This document shows positions 1 to 10,970 of a stretch of 64,000 bases of DNA, piece after piece. The stretch lies in the NCBI GenBank assembly GCA_000092065.1, contig CP000592.1; one strand, written 5' to 3'. The stretch comes from Ostreococcus lucimarinus (lineage: Eukaryota). The notes under the pieces are model-generated. The model was given only the letters and a program-made list of their open reading frames with translations, had not been told where the DNA came from and made no database searches. How positions within the stretch are numbered: the first letter of the stretch is position 1; each line of letters opens with the position of its first letter. A program made the position numbers and the translations under genes.

Positions 1-497
<497 letters not shown>

Positions 498-718
498 GTT
501 TGCTCTGCGTGCGCGCCGTCGCGGTGTGCGGCGTCGCGCGCGGAATGCGTCGATGTGGCGCGTTGTTTTCACACGCCACCAGCATCGGGACATCGAGACG
601 ACGCCGGCGCGCGTTCGCGAATCCGCGAATCCGCGGGAGGCGCGCGCGAGTTCTACGATGGCGCTAAGATGTGTTGACAACTTAAGGCTCCTAATACGAA
701 AGGGCACGTCGACGGCGC

Positions 719-1989
719 TCACGCGCCGTCGACGGCGTCGTCGCCGAGGGCGGCCTCGGGCGGCTTGGTCTTGCCGGAGACTTCCTGCGCTAAAATCGAA
801 GCCAAGTACTTGCCGTGCTCTTCGATGGCGGTTTGTAAGCGACGCTGCGCGATGAGCTGGTCGTGGAGCTGCTTTTGCATCTCGAGCTGTTTCAGCAAAG
901 CGTGGCCGACGTGAGGCATGTCTTCGATGAGTTCCGCGCTGACGACGGCGGCGGCGGCCTCGTCCGACAACGTCGCGGCGGGCTTGAGCGCTTGGGCTAA
1001 AATTGCGTCCAAGGCATGGATTTTACCCTCCGATCCCAGCGTTTTGGCCTTCATCGCGGAGGTGCTATTCAAGAGCTCGGACAACTGCGCCGTCGTCACC
1101 GGCGTCGACGGCGGATCGCTCGATAAACCACTACCCATCGGCGCCGCGCTCGCGACGTCCAAACCCATCAAATCTGCCTCGCTCGCCCGCTGTTTCATCT
1201 CCGCCTGCTGTTGCACGCGCGCGCGTTTTATCATCGCGCGTCTCTCGCGATCAGCCTCGGCGTCGAGCTCGGCGCCTCGCGACCCGCCGGCGCCCTCCTG
1301 TAACCTATACTTTTGCAAGTGCGACTTGATGTGTTGAATAGTCATCCCGCTCATGGCCATGATATGCATGATGCCTTTCGGCGTCGCCAGCTCCAACCCC
1401 CCCAACTGATTCACGGCGTTGATAAACTCTCTGTGCAACTCCGGCGTCCATCGCAAGCGCGCGCCGCCTCGACCGTTCCTCCCCCGCGTCGCGTTTCCCT
1501 CCTTCCCTCGTCCCGCGTTCGCCTTCGCGCGCTTCTCCTGCCCCGACGTCGACGCCCGCGCGTCCCCGCTCGCCCTCGCTCGCTTCCTCCCCCCCCCCCG
1601 GCCGTCGTTCGCCCGCGTCCCGTCCCTCGCGTCGTCGTCGTCCTCCGCCGCGTCCTCGCCGAGCGCGTCCTCGTCCTCGACCCTCCCGCTCGTCGCGCCG
1701 CGCACGATGACGTCGTCCAACCAATCCTACGATCGCGATTCGCGTCTCGCGCGTCAGTCGTTCGTCGCCCGCTCTCGATCGCGCGCCGTCGTCGTCGTCG
1801 TCGTCGTCGTCGCCTCGACCTCGGTCGCGTCGTCGGTCCATCGCGTCGCGTCGCGCTTTCGTCGTCGCGCGCGCGCGTCGTCGGGCGCGTCGTCGCGCGC
1901 ACCAGCGTGTCGTCGACCGCGCCGTCGAGCGCGCCGTCGCCGGCGCCGGCGAGGCCCTCGAACAGGGGCCAGAACCGTTCGTCCGCCAT
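719..1989 (-). CDS. MYB-CC (GARP/SHAQKYF-class) transcription factor, PSR1/PHR1-like. Exon 2 is 1726..719. Proposed exon 1 is 1989..1903 ([29 protein letters not shown]) and the proposed intron is 1727..1902.
   Basis: The protein contains [21 protein letters not shown]...HLQKYRL (a SHLQKYR-type Myb domain) followed by a coiled coil with LHEQLE-like [21 protein letters not shown]. The listed ORF starts at TTG (1720), so there is no ATG before the Myb domain. The codon immediately upstream of the ORF is an in-frame TAG that coincides with an AG acceptor, and a GACTGACGC branch motif lies 24 nt upstream of it. An upstream ATG at 1989 and a CTG|GTGCGCG donor at 1902 give an in-frame join. Confidence 0.6.
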
Positions 1990-2234
1990 GTGCGGAATAT
2001 TCGTCGCCGGGCGCGCGCCGCGATCGATCGCGATTCGCGTTCGCGAACCTCGAGTCGAGGGTCGCGAACGACGCGCGACCCTCGTCGCGAGCGTCGATCG
2101 CGATCGATCGCGATCGATCGCGCGGCGCGCGATCGGGGCGACGTGATCTATGTGTGACTGTTTGTGCGTATGCGGTCGGTCGGACCCGGCGACGGCGAAC
2201 GCCGGCGCGCGTCCTCGCGCCATCGCGCGACGCG

Positions 2235-5200
2235 ATGGAGCGCGCGATCGCGGCGTCGCGCGAGGACGCGCGCGCGCACGCGCTGGCGGCGTCCAGGGGC
2301 GACGCGCGCGCGGCCGTGCGCGCGTGCGTGAGCGCGACGGAGCGATTGGCGATCGGCGCGCGCGCGGGACGCGCGGCGCGAGGGCGACGGCGACGGCGCG
2401 ACGGCGACGGGGGAGGGCGCGCGCGCGGCGACCGGGATGGGGCGCGCGAGGGCGCGGACGCGAGGGGCGACGCGTCGGCGTCGGCGTCGAGGTCGAGCGA
2501 CGAAGATGACGACGACGACGACGACGACGAAGACGACGACGACGACGACGAGCGCGAACGAATCCTCGCGGACGTGTGCGCGTGGGTGAAGCGCGCGCGC
2601 GCGGAGATCGGGTTGGACGCGTTTCGGTTCGAAAGCGCGGCGGGCGCGCGCGAGGCGGCGGCGGAGGCGCTTTCGGAGGATGATTTGGACGACGCGTTGG
2701 CGCAGGTGGAGTACGCGTCCGACGGGTGGGAGACGGCGCCGGACGATCGAAGTCAACGCGCGTCCGCGGGCGGGTCGCGCGCGAAACAGTCGTGCGCGGT
2801 GGTGAGTGATGTGTTCAGTCAACTCGCGGGCGGCAGAGGCGGCGGAGGCGACGAGGATGAGGAAGTCGACGCGGGCGCGAGGGCGGACGAAGACGGCCGA
2901 GTCACGGATGGGGAGGAAGATTTCGCGGGCGGGACGCAAGCGTTTGAAGATTTCGACGACGACGACGAACCGGTCGTTGGAACGCAAGCGCTGGAAGATA
3001 TCGAGGCCGATTTCATCGGTGGCACGCAAGTCGTGGAATCACCGATGAAGCGCGCGTCGCCGACTGGGCTGAAACTCTCGGCGTCGCCGCTGACGCTTCC
3101 AAGGACGAAGAAGTCGAGCGAGCGAGCGAGCGAGGCACCGTCGATCCCGGCGGCACCGACGTCGCTGTGGGCGGTGGCGTCGAACACGCCGCCCGAAGAG
3201 CGGGCGCGCCGCGAGAGGGTAGGACACACGCGCGGATTAGTGGACAGAGCCTCGGTGCCGCGCGCGAACGCCGACACGCAACCGACGATGGGCGTCGAGG
3301 ACGCAGACGAGGGCGACGACGACGACGCGCGCGAAAACGATGGAACCACCCTGCTTTCGACTTTCAACGATTCAAAGCGCGTCGATTGCACGCCCATCGA
3401 TGCGATGACTGAGCAGCCGAGTAAGCCCCCGACGCTGAAGCGACCCGGGGCGATGCGGGCGCCGACGCACGAGCACTCGTCCATGGTGACGGCGTCGGCG
3501 CGACCACTGGGCTCGATCGGCTCCGAACACGGCGAAGTCATGGGCGTCGCGCGCACGGCGATCGAGGCCGTCAAGCGCGCGCGTGCGAAAATGAATGAAC
3601 CTCTCGGGTTGGATATGTCGATGCCGCAGTGCGACGACGATTCGCAGCTCGTCGACGACGACGCGGACGACGTCGTCGAGGCGACACCAATGGCGGCCGA
3701 GGGAGAGGACGACGCTTTGGTCGGAGACGGGCCGGAATCGGCACCGAGCTCACCAGACATCGGCATGCTCTATTCACAGCGACCGATGAACGACGACGAC
3801 GAGGACGTCGCCGACGTCGCGTCGCCGCAGCGACCGCACACCCAACACTCGCAGTCGCCGTTCAAGAGACAGTTGATCCATTCGCTCGCCCCGCCCATGT
3901 CACAGCCCGAGGTGGAGTCGCCTCGCAGTAGAATCATGCTTTCGCAGCACCAATGGCGTCAGCCGAGGCGTCGAGCCCCACCGCCACCTAGATTTGACGA
4001 AGAAACTCCGTCAAAGCGGTATAAAATCATCGACGACGACTTGTCGCAGTCGATGACGCAAGGGACGCAAGACGAACCCGCGAGTCAGGGTGAATTCGTG
4101 GATTGCAGTCAGCGAGAAAACGAAGGTGGTCTGATTCGACCGAGGATATCGAGTTTACCCGCGCCGACGGTTGTCAACCGAACCACCGCGGCGAGCGGCT
4201 GTCGCATCGTCGCGCCTTCTCCTTCCGAGAAGACGCCGTCCAAGGACGAAATAGAACGGCCATTGCCGCCGCTCGGGTGTCCAAAGTGTCGTCACGCCGT
4301 GAAAGGGTGCGGGCGATGCCGGACGATACGCGAAAACGCAAAGAATGGTATTTGGCCGAGCGGGCGCGGAAGATCAAAAAAGTCTTCGGTGGATTCCGCG
4401 AGCGCGGCGTCAGCGTCGAAATCAAGCGCTCGACGCGCGACGCACTCGGCGTCAAAAACACCTGCGTCCAAAACGCCGATGTCCAAAACGCCGATGTCCA
4501 AGCGTACGAAGACCGCGGCTGGGAAGGAAAACAAGCCAAACAAGCGCTCGTCGGCGAAGATGTTCGCGTCGCTTCATTTCCTCTTGTCCGGCCTCGGCAA
4601 AGTTGGCACCGCGACGAAGGATATCATCAAAGCGCACGGAGGCACGGTATTGAGCGAACCTTCTTCGGACATATCGGTGAACTCGGTCATCGTCGTCACA
4701 CCTACGATGGGACGAACGATGAAATGCCTCTACGGCATCGCCGCGGGCGCGCGATTCGCCACGCCGGCTTGGGTCGAGGCGTGCGCGGACGAAGGTCGAA
4801 TGATTCAAATCGACGAGCCCCTCGATGCCGAAGGAAATCCTAGAGAACATCATCGCGCGTGCTTGGGTAAGCTCTTCCGCGACGTGAAGGCCGCCATCAC
4901 GGGCAACGAAGGGTTCGTTAAAGACTTCACCTCGCTCCTGTCGCACGCCGGCGCGACGCTCGAGCGCAACCCGCAAACAGACGATCGATTCGATTACCTC
5001 ATAACTCAGAGCGGTGAAAACCCCCACTCGGCTTGGATTCGAGCGTCGAAGCGACTGGGCGTACCGTGCGTGCGTCACGAGTGGCTCGTTGACTCTATTC
5101 TAGCCGGCGAGTTGCTGGACGTCGCGGCGTACGCCACGCTCGCCTCGCCGCCGAACGCGCGCGCGTCGATTCCCCCCCACTCTTCCTTATCCGACGCCTC

Positions 5201-5243
5201 GCGAGAGCGCGCGAATCTTCGAAGAAAATCAACCAGATACTAG
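2235..5243 (+). CDS. Large low-complexity nuclear protein with tandem C-terminal BRCT domains (DNA-damage-response type). The ORF extends 5' to 1419, but that N-terminus overlaps the MYB gene; the first plausible ATG is at 2235.
   Basis: The C-terminal ~200 aa (FLLSGLGKVGTATKDIIKAHGGTVL...VTPTMGRTMKCLYGIAAGARFATPAWVEAC and ...HEWLVDSILAGELLDV) have the BRCT-repeat pattern. The upstream part has long poly-D/E and Ser-rich tracts. Confidence 0.55.
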   Translation: MERAIAASREDARAHALAASRGDARAAVRACVSATERLAIGARAGRAARGRRRRRDGDGGGRARGDRDGAREGADARGDASASASRSSDEDDDDDDDDEDDDDDDERERILADVCAWVKRARAEIGLDAFRFESAAGAREAAAEALSEDDLDDALAQVEYASDGWETAPDDRSQRASAGGSRAKQSCAVVSDVFSQLAGGRGGGGDEDEEVDAGARADEDGRVTDGEEDFAGGTQAFEDFDDDDEPVVGTQALEDIEADFIGGTQVVESPMKRASPTGLKLSASPLTLPRTKKSSERASEAPSIPAAPTSLWAVASNTPPEERARRERVGHTRGLVDRASVPRANADTQPTMGVEDADEGDDDDARENDGTTLLSTFNDSKRVDCTPIDAMTEQPSKPPTLKRPGAMRAPTHEHSSMVTASARPLGSIGSEHGEVMGVARTAIEAVKRARAKMNEPLGLDMSMPQCDDDSQLVDDDADDVVEATPMAAEGEDDALVGDGPESAPSSPDIGMLYSQRPMNDDDEDVADVASPQRPHTQHSQSPFKRQLIHSLAPPMSQPEVESPRSRIMLSQHQWRQPRRRAPPPPRFDEETPSKRYKIIDDDLSQSMTQGTQDEPASQGEFVDCSQRENEGGLIRPRISSLPAPTVVNRTTAASGCRIVAPSPSEKTPSKDEIERPLPPLGCPKCRHAVKGCGRCRTIRENAKNGIWPSGRGRSKKSSVDSASAASASKSSARRATHSASKTPASKTPMSKTPMSKRTKTAAGKENKPNKRSSAKMFASLHFLLSGLGKVGTATKDIIKAHGGTVLSEPSSDISVNSVIVVTPTMGRTMKCLYGIAAGARFATPAWVEACADEGRMIQIDEPLDAEGNPREHHRACLGKLFRDVKAAITGNEGFVKDFTSLLSHAGATLERNPQTDDRFDYLITQSGENPHSAWIRASKRLGVPCVRHEWLVDSILAGELLDVAAYATLASPPNARASIPPHSSLSDASRERANLRRKSTRY

Positions 5244-5496
5244 CATTGTAGCACCGCGCACCGTCGCCATTCACCGTCGTCTCGACCGCCGCGCGTCCCG
5301 GTCGGCTCGCGCGTCCCCGCGTCCCAATCGCCGCGCCGCGCCGCACACCCCGCCGCGTTCTGGACGCGCCGACGCCCGTCGCCGGTCGCGGCGTGCGCTG
5401 TAGACACTCCCACACGCGCGCTCGCGCGATCCGGGCCGCGGCGCGCGCCAACGCGCGTCGATACCGCGCGCAGACGAAAACCAACCGCTTCGGGAC

Positions 5497-6420
5497 ATGT
5501 TTCAAAATTCGAAACTTCCCGCGTACGCGCACGTCTACACGCGCTTCAGCATGAACTTAAACCAGCCCCTGGACTTCGCCGCGAAACTGGCGACGTGCGT
5601 CGTGCTGTGGGAGATCCCGCGCGCGCTGTCGAGCGCGATGGTGCGTAAGACGTACGGCGCGACGACGAGGGAAGAGGAGAAACGCTTCGTCGCGGCGGCG
5701 CCGGCGTACGTAATGTCGACGCTGCACGCGCTCGTCGTCGCCACCGCGGGGCTGAAAATCGGGTACATCACGGTGATGTTGCCGAACGCGAACGATCGGT
5801 ACTACTTGCACGCGAAAACCGCGTTCAAGCTGGCGGATTTGAAATTTATCGAGCGGTGGAATTGGGCATTCTGCGGGTACATGTTCGGCGACTTGTTGCA
5901 CGTCTTAAAGGAGTACCCGCGGCTCGGCAAGATGGACATGGTGGTGCATCACGCGTGTTTCATCGCGTGTTCGCTGCTCGCCGGCCACTCGCAGACGATG
6001 ATGCTACCGTTTTCGTGGTTGCTGTTGGGCGAGTACTCCACGCCGATTTTGTGCGCGCGTTGGTTGATTCAACAGTTGACGTACGAGTTGAAGAGCGACG
6101 TCGTCGTGCGATGGGCGCGCGCGTGTGGATACACGGGCGACGCCGTGAGCTCAGTGACGAATGCTGGGAAACAACTGGAATTTGGCTGCAGCGTCGGGTT
6201 CATGATCGTCTTCTTTCTCGTTCGCATCGTGGCGTACACCGGAGGATTCGCGAGCATGCTCGCGGCGTGGCGAGGCGGCGTCCTCGACCCGATCCCGAAA
6301 TCCGTCACCAACACCCTATTCGTCCTCGTCGCGTGCGGGGCGGGATTAAATTATTACTGGTTTTCGATCATGGTTCGCAAAGCCCTGCGCGGGCCGCCGA
6401 AACCGAAGAAAGATGAATAG
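5497..6420 (+). CDS. TLC-domain (TRAM/LAG1/CLN8-like) multi-pass membrane protein, paralog 1
   Basis: ATG at 5497. Multiple TM segments. TLC-like core DMVVHHACFIACSLLAGHSQTMMLPFSWLLLGEYSTPILCARW. C-terminal KKDE-like ER retrieval tail (PPKPKKDE). Confidence 0.55.
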   Translation: MFQNSKLPAYAHVYTRFSMNLNQPLDFAAKLATCVVLWEIPRALSSAMVRKTYGATTREEEKRFVAAAPAYVMSTLHALVVATAGLKIGYITVMLPNANDRYYLHAKTAFKLADLKFIERWNWAFCGYMFGDLLHVLKEYPRLGKMDMVVHHACFIACSLLAGHSQTMMLPFSWLLLGEYSTPILCARWLIQQLTYELKSDVVVRWARACGYTGDAVSSVTNAGKQLEFGCSVGFMIVFFLVRIVAYTGGFASMLAAWRGGVLDPIPKSVTNTLFVLVACGAGLNYYWFSIMVRKALRGPPKPKKDE

Positions 6421-6916
6421 CGGACAAGTGGCGCAAACCATCCGCCGCGTCGACGCGCGCCCGTCTCGGTCGCATCACTCTTAGCACGATTTCATAGTAC
6501 ATACATCATCACAACAAAACAAGTAACATTCACGACGAATCCACGACGACACGCACCACATCGCGCGACCGTCTCGCGGTCACATCACCGAAAGCGCGAC
6601 GGCGCCCCCCGCGCCCGGCCGATTGAAGCCACTGTCCCCTTCCACGTAAATCCATCCTCGCTTCCATCCGACGCAGCACAAAACGATGAGCGCGAACCCG
6701 ACGCAGCCGAACACCGCGCCGAGGGTCTCGCTCGTCGTCGTCGCCGTCGTCGCCATGTCCGTCGCCGTGTGCCGAGTCAACTCGACTTTAAATTTCAAAT
6801 ATCTTCGACGCTTCATAATCCCGCGCGCGCGCGCGCGCCGCGCGAGCGCGCGCCGCGCGAGCATGTTCCGACGATCGCCCGCGCCGCGTCGCGCGCGCTA
6901 CGCCGGGCCACGCGCG

Positions 6917-7795
6917 ATGAATCCCGCGGAGAATCCGATGGATTTTTTGAAAAAGTTGCTCGTCGCGGTGCTCGTGTGGGAACTCGTGCGGTTCGTCATC
7001 GCGCGCATCGCGCTCGTCGTGCTGCCGAAGCGCGATGATGAAGACGAAGAGACCGCGCGGGTGCGGTTCGAAGCGCCGAAGCAGTACACGGGCGCGGTGC
7101 ACGCGCTGGTGGTGAGCGCGCTGGCGGCGAAGCTGTTGCGCGCAGTCGTCGCGCTGGACGAAGCGGCGGATATGTATTACATTCGCGGTGCGGGGATCGG
7201 GATGGATGATGGGACGAGAGACTTGTTGGAACTCACGAATTGGTTGTTCTTGGGGTACTTGGTGCAAGACACGACGCACATCGTGCGGAATTTTCCGAGG
7301 ATGGGCAAAGCGGACATGTTGGCGCACCACTGCGTGTTCATGGTGGCGTCTATTTTGTCCGGTGCATCGCAGACTATGATGCTGCCGTTCTGCTGGTTGT
7401 TGCTCGGTGAAGCGTCGACACCGCTGCTGACGCTTCGCTGGACGATTCAAAGCGCGGCGTATTCGCTCGAGAGCGAAAAGGTGGTCAAGGTGGCCAAGGC
7501 GTTTGGATTCAAGGGCGAACGCGTGAGCTCGCCTAAAAACGCTGGAAAGCAGTTGGAGTTTTTCGCCGGTCTCATGCTCGTTTTCACGTTTTTCCTCGCG
7601 CGAGTGGTGACGTATAGCTTAGGTTACACCCACATGCTTTGGGTGCGACACAAGGGCATCATCGACGCGGTGCCAGCGAGCGTCGCGCTGCCGCTCAACG
7701 TCCTCGTCGGCGCCGGCGCCGGTTTAAACGCGCATTGGTTCGGCATCATGATCCGCAAGGCTATCAAAGGGCCGCCCAAGCCGAAAGAGGCGTAG
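6917..7795 (+). CDS. TLC-domain membrane protein, paralog 2 (tandem duplicate of 5497..6420). The ORF extends 5' to 6686, but that part is probably 5' leader.
   Basis: About 55-60% identity to the upstream paralog over the core (DMLAHHCVFMVASILSGASQTMMLPFCWLLLGEASTPLLTLRW; AGKQLEF; GPPKPKEA tail). The in-frame ATG at 6917 gives a length comparable to paralog 1. Confidence 0.55.
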   Translation: MNPAENPMDFLKKLLVAVLVWELVRFVIARIALVVLPKRDDEDEETARVRFEAPKQYTGAVHALVVSALAAKLLRAVVALDEAADMYYIRGAGIGMDDGTRDLLELTNWLFLGYLVQDTTHIVRNFPRMGKADMLAHHCVFMVASILSGASQTMMLPFCWLLLGEASTPLLTLRWTIQSAAYSLESEKVVKVAKAFGFKGERVSSPKNAGKQLEFFAGLMLVFTFFLARVVTYSLGYTHMLWVRHKGIIDAVPASVALPLNVLVGAGAGLNAHWFGIMIRKAIKGPPKPKEA

Positions 7796-8051
7796 CATTC
7801 AAGATATACGAGATACACGAAGCGTAACGCTCGCGCGCGCGACTCAAACTTTTGCGGTAATGTACACTCTAACCGCGCCCCAACGCCGAACGTCACATCC
7901 CGTCGCATGTCAACCGCGTTCCCACCGCGCACGCCCGGTGGTGCGCTGACGTATTGTCTCGCCCTAGGACTCGGTTACGCCGCGTTCACGTCCACGCGCG
8001 AGCGCATGCGGCGCGAATAACGTAAAAAGTGTCCCCAAGTGTCAGCACGCG

Positions 8052-8939
8052 ATGGGCGGCGCGAAATCCGCCACGGTGACGATTTCGCCGGGCGTTGAGA
8101 TGCCGACGGTGGCGTTTGGGACGTTTAAGCTTCGCGGCGACGCGTGCCGCGACGCCGTGCGGGAGGCGCTGATGGTGGGCTTTCGCGCCGTCGACACGGC
8201 GAGTTGTTACCGCAACGAAGACGCCGTCGCGGACGCGTTGAAGAGCGCGCCGAGAAACGTTTGTGACGAAACGTGGATTACGACGAAATTAGCGCCGGAT
8301 GAGATGACGAGCGAAGAGGCGACAAATCGCGCGATCGATGGGATGGTGGCGCGGTTGGGACGGGCGCCGGATTTGTTGCTCGTCCACTGGCCTGGACGAT
8401 CGAAGGCGGCGCCCGAGAGCGACGCGCACGGTGAAGCGCGCAAAAGGACGTGGCGATGCATGGAAAACGCGTTAAGAAATCACAAGTGCCGCGCGATCGG
8501 GACTTCAAACTACGAGATCGCGCACATGCGCGAATTGCTGTCGTATTGCGACGTTCCGCCGGCGGTGAATCAAATCGAGATCCATCCGGCGTACCCGAAC
8601 ACCGAAGTCCGCGCGTACTGCGCGTCTCTCGTGCCTCGCGTGCACACGGTTGGATACTCACCGCTCGGTGTCGGTGAGTTGCTCGATCATCCAAGCGTGC
8701 GGGCGTTTGCCGACGCCATCGGTCTCGCCCCGGCGCCTGCGCTGATTCGATGGACGCTCTCAAACGATTGCTCCGTCGTCGTCAAATCCAGCTCGCGCGC
8801 GCACACCGAGGAAAACCTCACCGCCCTCTCCTCCACGCACACCGACGACGATACCATCGCACATCACGCCGCCATCCTCGAGCGCGCGTTCTCGAGTCAT
8901 CACAAAAAGTTTTGTTGGGATCCGCGCGTCGTGCGCTGA
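8052..8939 (+). CDS. Aldo-keto reductase family oxidoreductase
   Basis: AKR signatures are present: VAFGTFKL, DTASCYRNE, LLLVHWPG, AIGTSNYEIAHMRELL, QIEIHPAYP, IRWTLSNDCSVVVKSS. Confidence 0.8.
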   Translation: MGGAKSATVTISPGVEMPTVAFGTFKLRGDACRDAVREALMVGFRAVDTASCYRNEDAVADALKSAPRNVCDETWITTKLAPDEMTSEEATNRAIDGMVARLGRAPDLLLVHWPGRSKAAPESDAHGEARKRTWRCMENALRNHKCRAIGTSNYEIAHMRELLSYCDVPPAVNQIEIHPAYPNTEVRAYCASLVPRVHTVGYSPLGVGELLDHPSVRAFADAIGLAPAPALIRWTLSNDCSVVVKSSSRAHTEENLTALSSTHTDDDTIAHHAAILERAFSSHHKKFCWDPRVVR

Positions 8940-9012
8940 TCGACGACGGCGTCGTCGTTCGCCTCGGCGCGAGACGACGCGCCCGCACTCTCCGACGCGC
9001 GCGCGCTCGAAC

Positions 9013-9735
9013 ATGCCTCCCAAAGATCCAAGCAAAAACAATTACGCCATTCTCTACGGCAAGTCCGCCGCTGGCGCGCAGTGCAAAGCGGGATCGAAGT
9101 GCTCAAACGAGACGTCGCCCGGGAAAATCATCCTCGGGCAACTGCGCTGGGACTCGAAGAGCGACAGATTCTCCGCGTCGTATCATCTCGGGTGCGTGAG
9201 CGAACAATCCGCCTTAAACTACCTCGAAAAATGGCGTCTGGAGCACCCGGGAGAAGAAGACGCGGGCGCGGTGGATGACTTTCCGGGTTTGAAAGAGTTG
9301 AAGGACGAGCACGTCGACGACGTCAAGGCGTGTCTGGAAAATTTGCTTCTCGGCGACGGCGTCGACGCGGAACAACGCGAGTGGTTGGAGACGGTGAGCG
9401 GCGGCGACGTCGCCGCGGCGAAGAAAAAGGCACCGGCCAAGAAAAAACCGGCGCCGAAGAAGAAACCGGCGCCGAAGAAGAAAACTACCAAGGCGAAAGA
9501 GCCCGCGAAGAAGCGCAAGGCGCCGGCCAAGAAATCGGCGCCGGCCAAGAAGAAACCCGCGGCCAAGAAGAAGAAGAAAGTCGAGGAAGAAGAAGCTGAA
9601 GACGACGAAGCCGAGGAAGAAGAAGAGATCGAGGAAGAAGAAGCCGAAGCCGAGGACGCCGAGGACGCCGAGGAAGAAGAAGATGAAGACGAAGAAGACG
9701 AAGAAGAGGCTGAAATCGCCTCGCCGCCGGCGTAA
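9013..9735 (+). CDS. PARP-type zinc-finger (zf-PARP-like) protein with a histone-H1-like Lys/Ala/Pro repeat region and an acidic tail
   Basis: The N-terminus YAILYGKSAAGAQCKAGSKC...ILGQLRWDS...SYHLGC matches the zf-PARP layout (YxxEYAKSxRAxC..C...LR....WYHxxC). This is followed by (KKKPAPKKK)n/AKKxAPAKK repeats and a poly-E/D tail. Confidence 0.5.
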   Translation: MPPKDPSKNNYAILYGKSAAGAQCKAGSKCSNETSPGKIILGQLRWDSKSDRFSASYHLGCVSEQSALNYLEKWRLEHPGEEDAGAVDDFPGLKELKDEHVDDVKACLENLLLGDGVDAEQREWLETVSGGDVAAAKKKAPAKKKPAPKKKPAPKKKTTKAKEPAKKRKAPAKKSAPAKKKPAAKKKKKVEEEEAEDDEAEEEEEIEEEEAEAEDAEDAEEEEDEDEEDEEEAEIASPPA

Positions 9736-10031
9736 TTCGCCTCGTTAGCTCCGCGCTCGCGCGCCGCGCGACTCCCCGCCGCTCTCGCCATCTTTACGCC
9801 GGCGATTCACTTCATCGGGCACCACGTTTGATTTCATTTTTGTGAGATGCGCACGCGCGCGCGCGAGCGCTTCGCCGACCGAAGCGACGTAGGGTTCACG
9901 CGCGCTGTTCAAACCCTCGCTCTTCGATCGGATCGCGCGCGTCACACCGCGCCGCGCGCCCGTCTCGCGCGTGAACCGCCCGCACGCTCGAGAGCGCGCA
10001 CGCACGAACGCGCCGCGCGAACGCACGCGCG

Positions 10032-10904
10032 ATGTCCGCCGACGCCGACGCCGAACAGTCGCTCGATGACTTTGACCCCACGCTGAAGAAGAAGAAGACG
10101 AAGAAGAAGGTCGCGCTCGATCTCGATCTCGACGGCGACGGCGACGGCGACGCGGGCGACGTCGCGGACGGCGTCGATAAATTGACCCTGGACGCGGACG
10201 ATGGAGAGTTCGGGAAGAAGAAGAAGAAGAAGAAGGACAAGACGGCGGACGAGGGCGAGGACTTGGACGCGGAGTTCGGGACGAAGAAGAAGAAGAAGAG
10301 CTCGAAAAAGAAGACGGTGGAGCTGGAGGACGGAGAAGAGGCAGACGTGTACGCTGGTGAGGGACGAGATGGGACGAACACGGGGAGCGGAACGTCGTGG
10401 GATGGTACGACGCGGGATTACCATTACGACGAAATGTTGGGACGCGTGTTTGGCATTTTGAGGGAAAAGAATCCGCAGTTGAGCGAAAAATCGAAGACGA
10501 TCATCAAGCCGCCGCAGGTGCTGAGAGAAGGGACAAAAAAGACGGTATTTGCGAACTTGATGGAGATTTGTAACGCGATGCATCGACCGAGTGAACACGT
10601 GACGCAGTACTTGTTGGCCGAGCTGGGGACGAGCGGAACGTTGGACGGACAACAGCGTTTGGTGCTCAAGGGAAGGTTTTTGCCCAAGGTTTTCGAGGGC
10701 GTGTTGCGGCATTACTTCATCGATTACGTCATTTGCAATATGTGCAAATCTTCGGATACGCAGTTGGTGAAGGAGCAGTCGTCCCGTTTGTCGTATTGCC
10801 GATGCCAAGCGTGCGGTGCGTCGCGTTCAGTAGGATCGATCGCCAGCGGCTTCCGCGCCGTCGGAAAGGGCGAACGACGCAAAGCGAGAAACGCCACGGG
10901 CTAG
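10032..10904 (+). CDS. EIF2B: Translation initiation factor eIF2 beta subunit
   Basis: N-terminal poly-Lys K-boxes (KKKKTKKK, KKKKKKKDK, KKKKKSSKKK) and a conserved core (RVFGILREKNP, KTVFANLMEICNAMHR, HVTQYLLAELGTSGTLD). C-terminal C2-C2 finger CNMCKSSDT...CRCQAC. Confidence 0.85.
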   Translation: MSADADAEQSLDDFDPTLKKKKTKKKVALDLDLDGDGDGDAGDVADGVDKLTLDADDGEFGKKKKKKKDKTADEGEDLDAEFGTKKKKKSSKKKTVELEDGEEADVYAGEGRDGTNTGSGTSWDGTTRDYHYDEMLGRVFGILREKNPQLSEKSKTIIKPPQVLREGTKKTVFANLMEICNAMHRPSEHVTQYLLAELGTSGTLDGQQRLVLKGRFLPKVFEGVLRHYFIDYVICNMCKSSDTQLVKEQSSRLSYCRCQACGASRSVGSIASGFRAVGKGERRKARNATG

Positions 10905-10970
10905 TGATGATGTTGAACATTGTTTCCTTTTTCTCAATACAAATCTAACGAACAGAATCTAAAACGTTTT

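Noticed and set aside
1419-2234. N-terminal 270 codons of the 1419..5243 ORF
   Set aside because: It overlaps the MYB-CC gene on the opposite strand and is poly-S/R low-complexity. The first credible ATG for the BRCT protein is at 2235.
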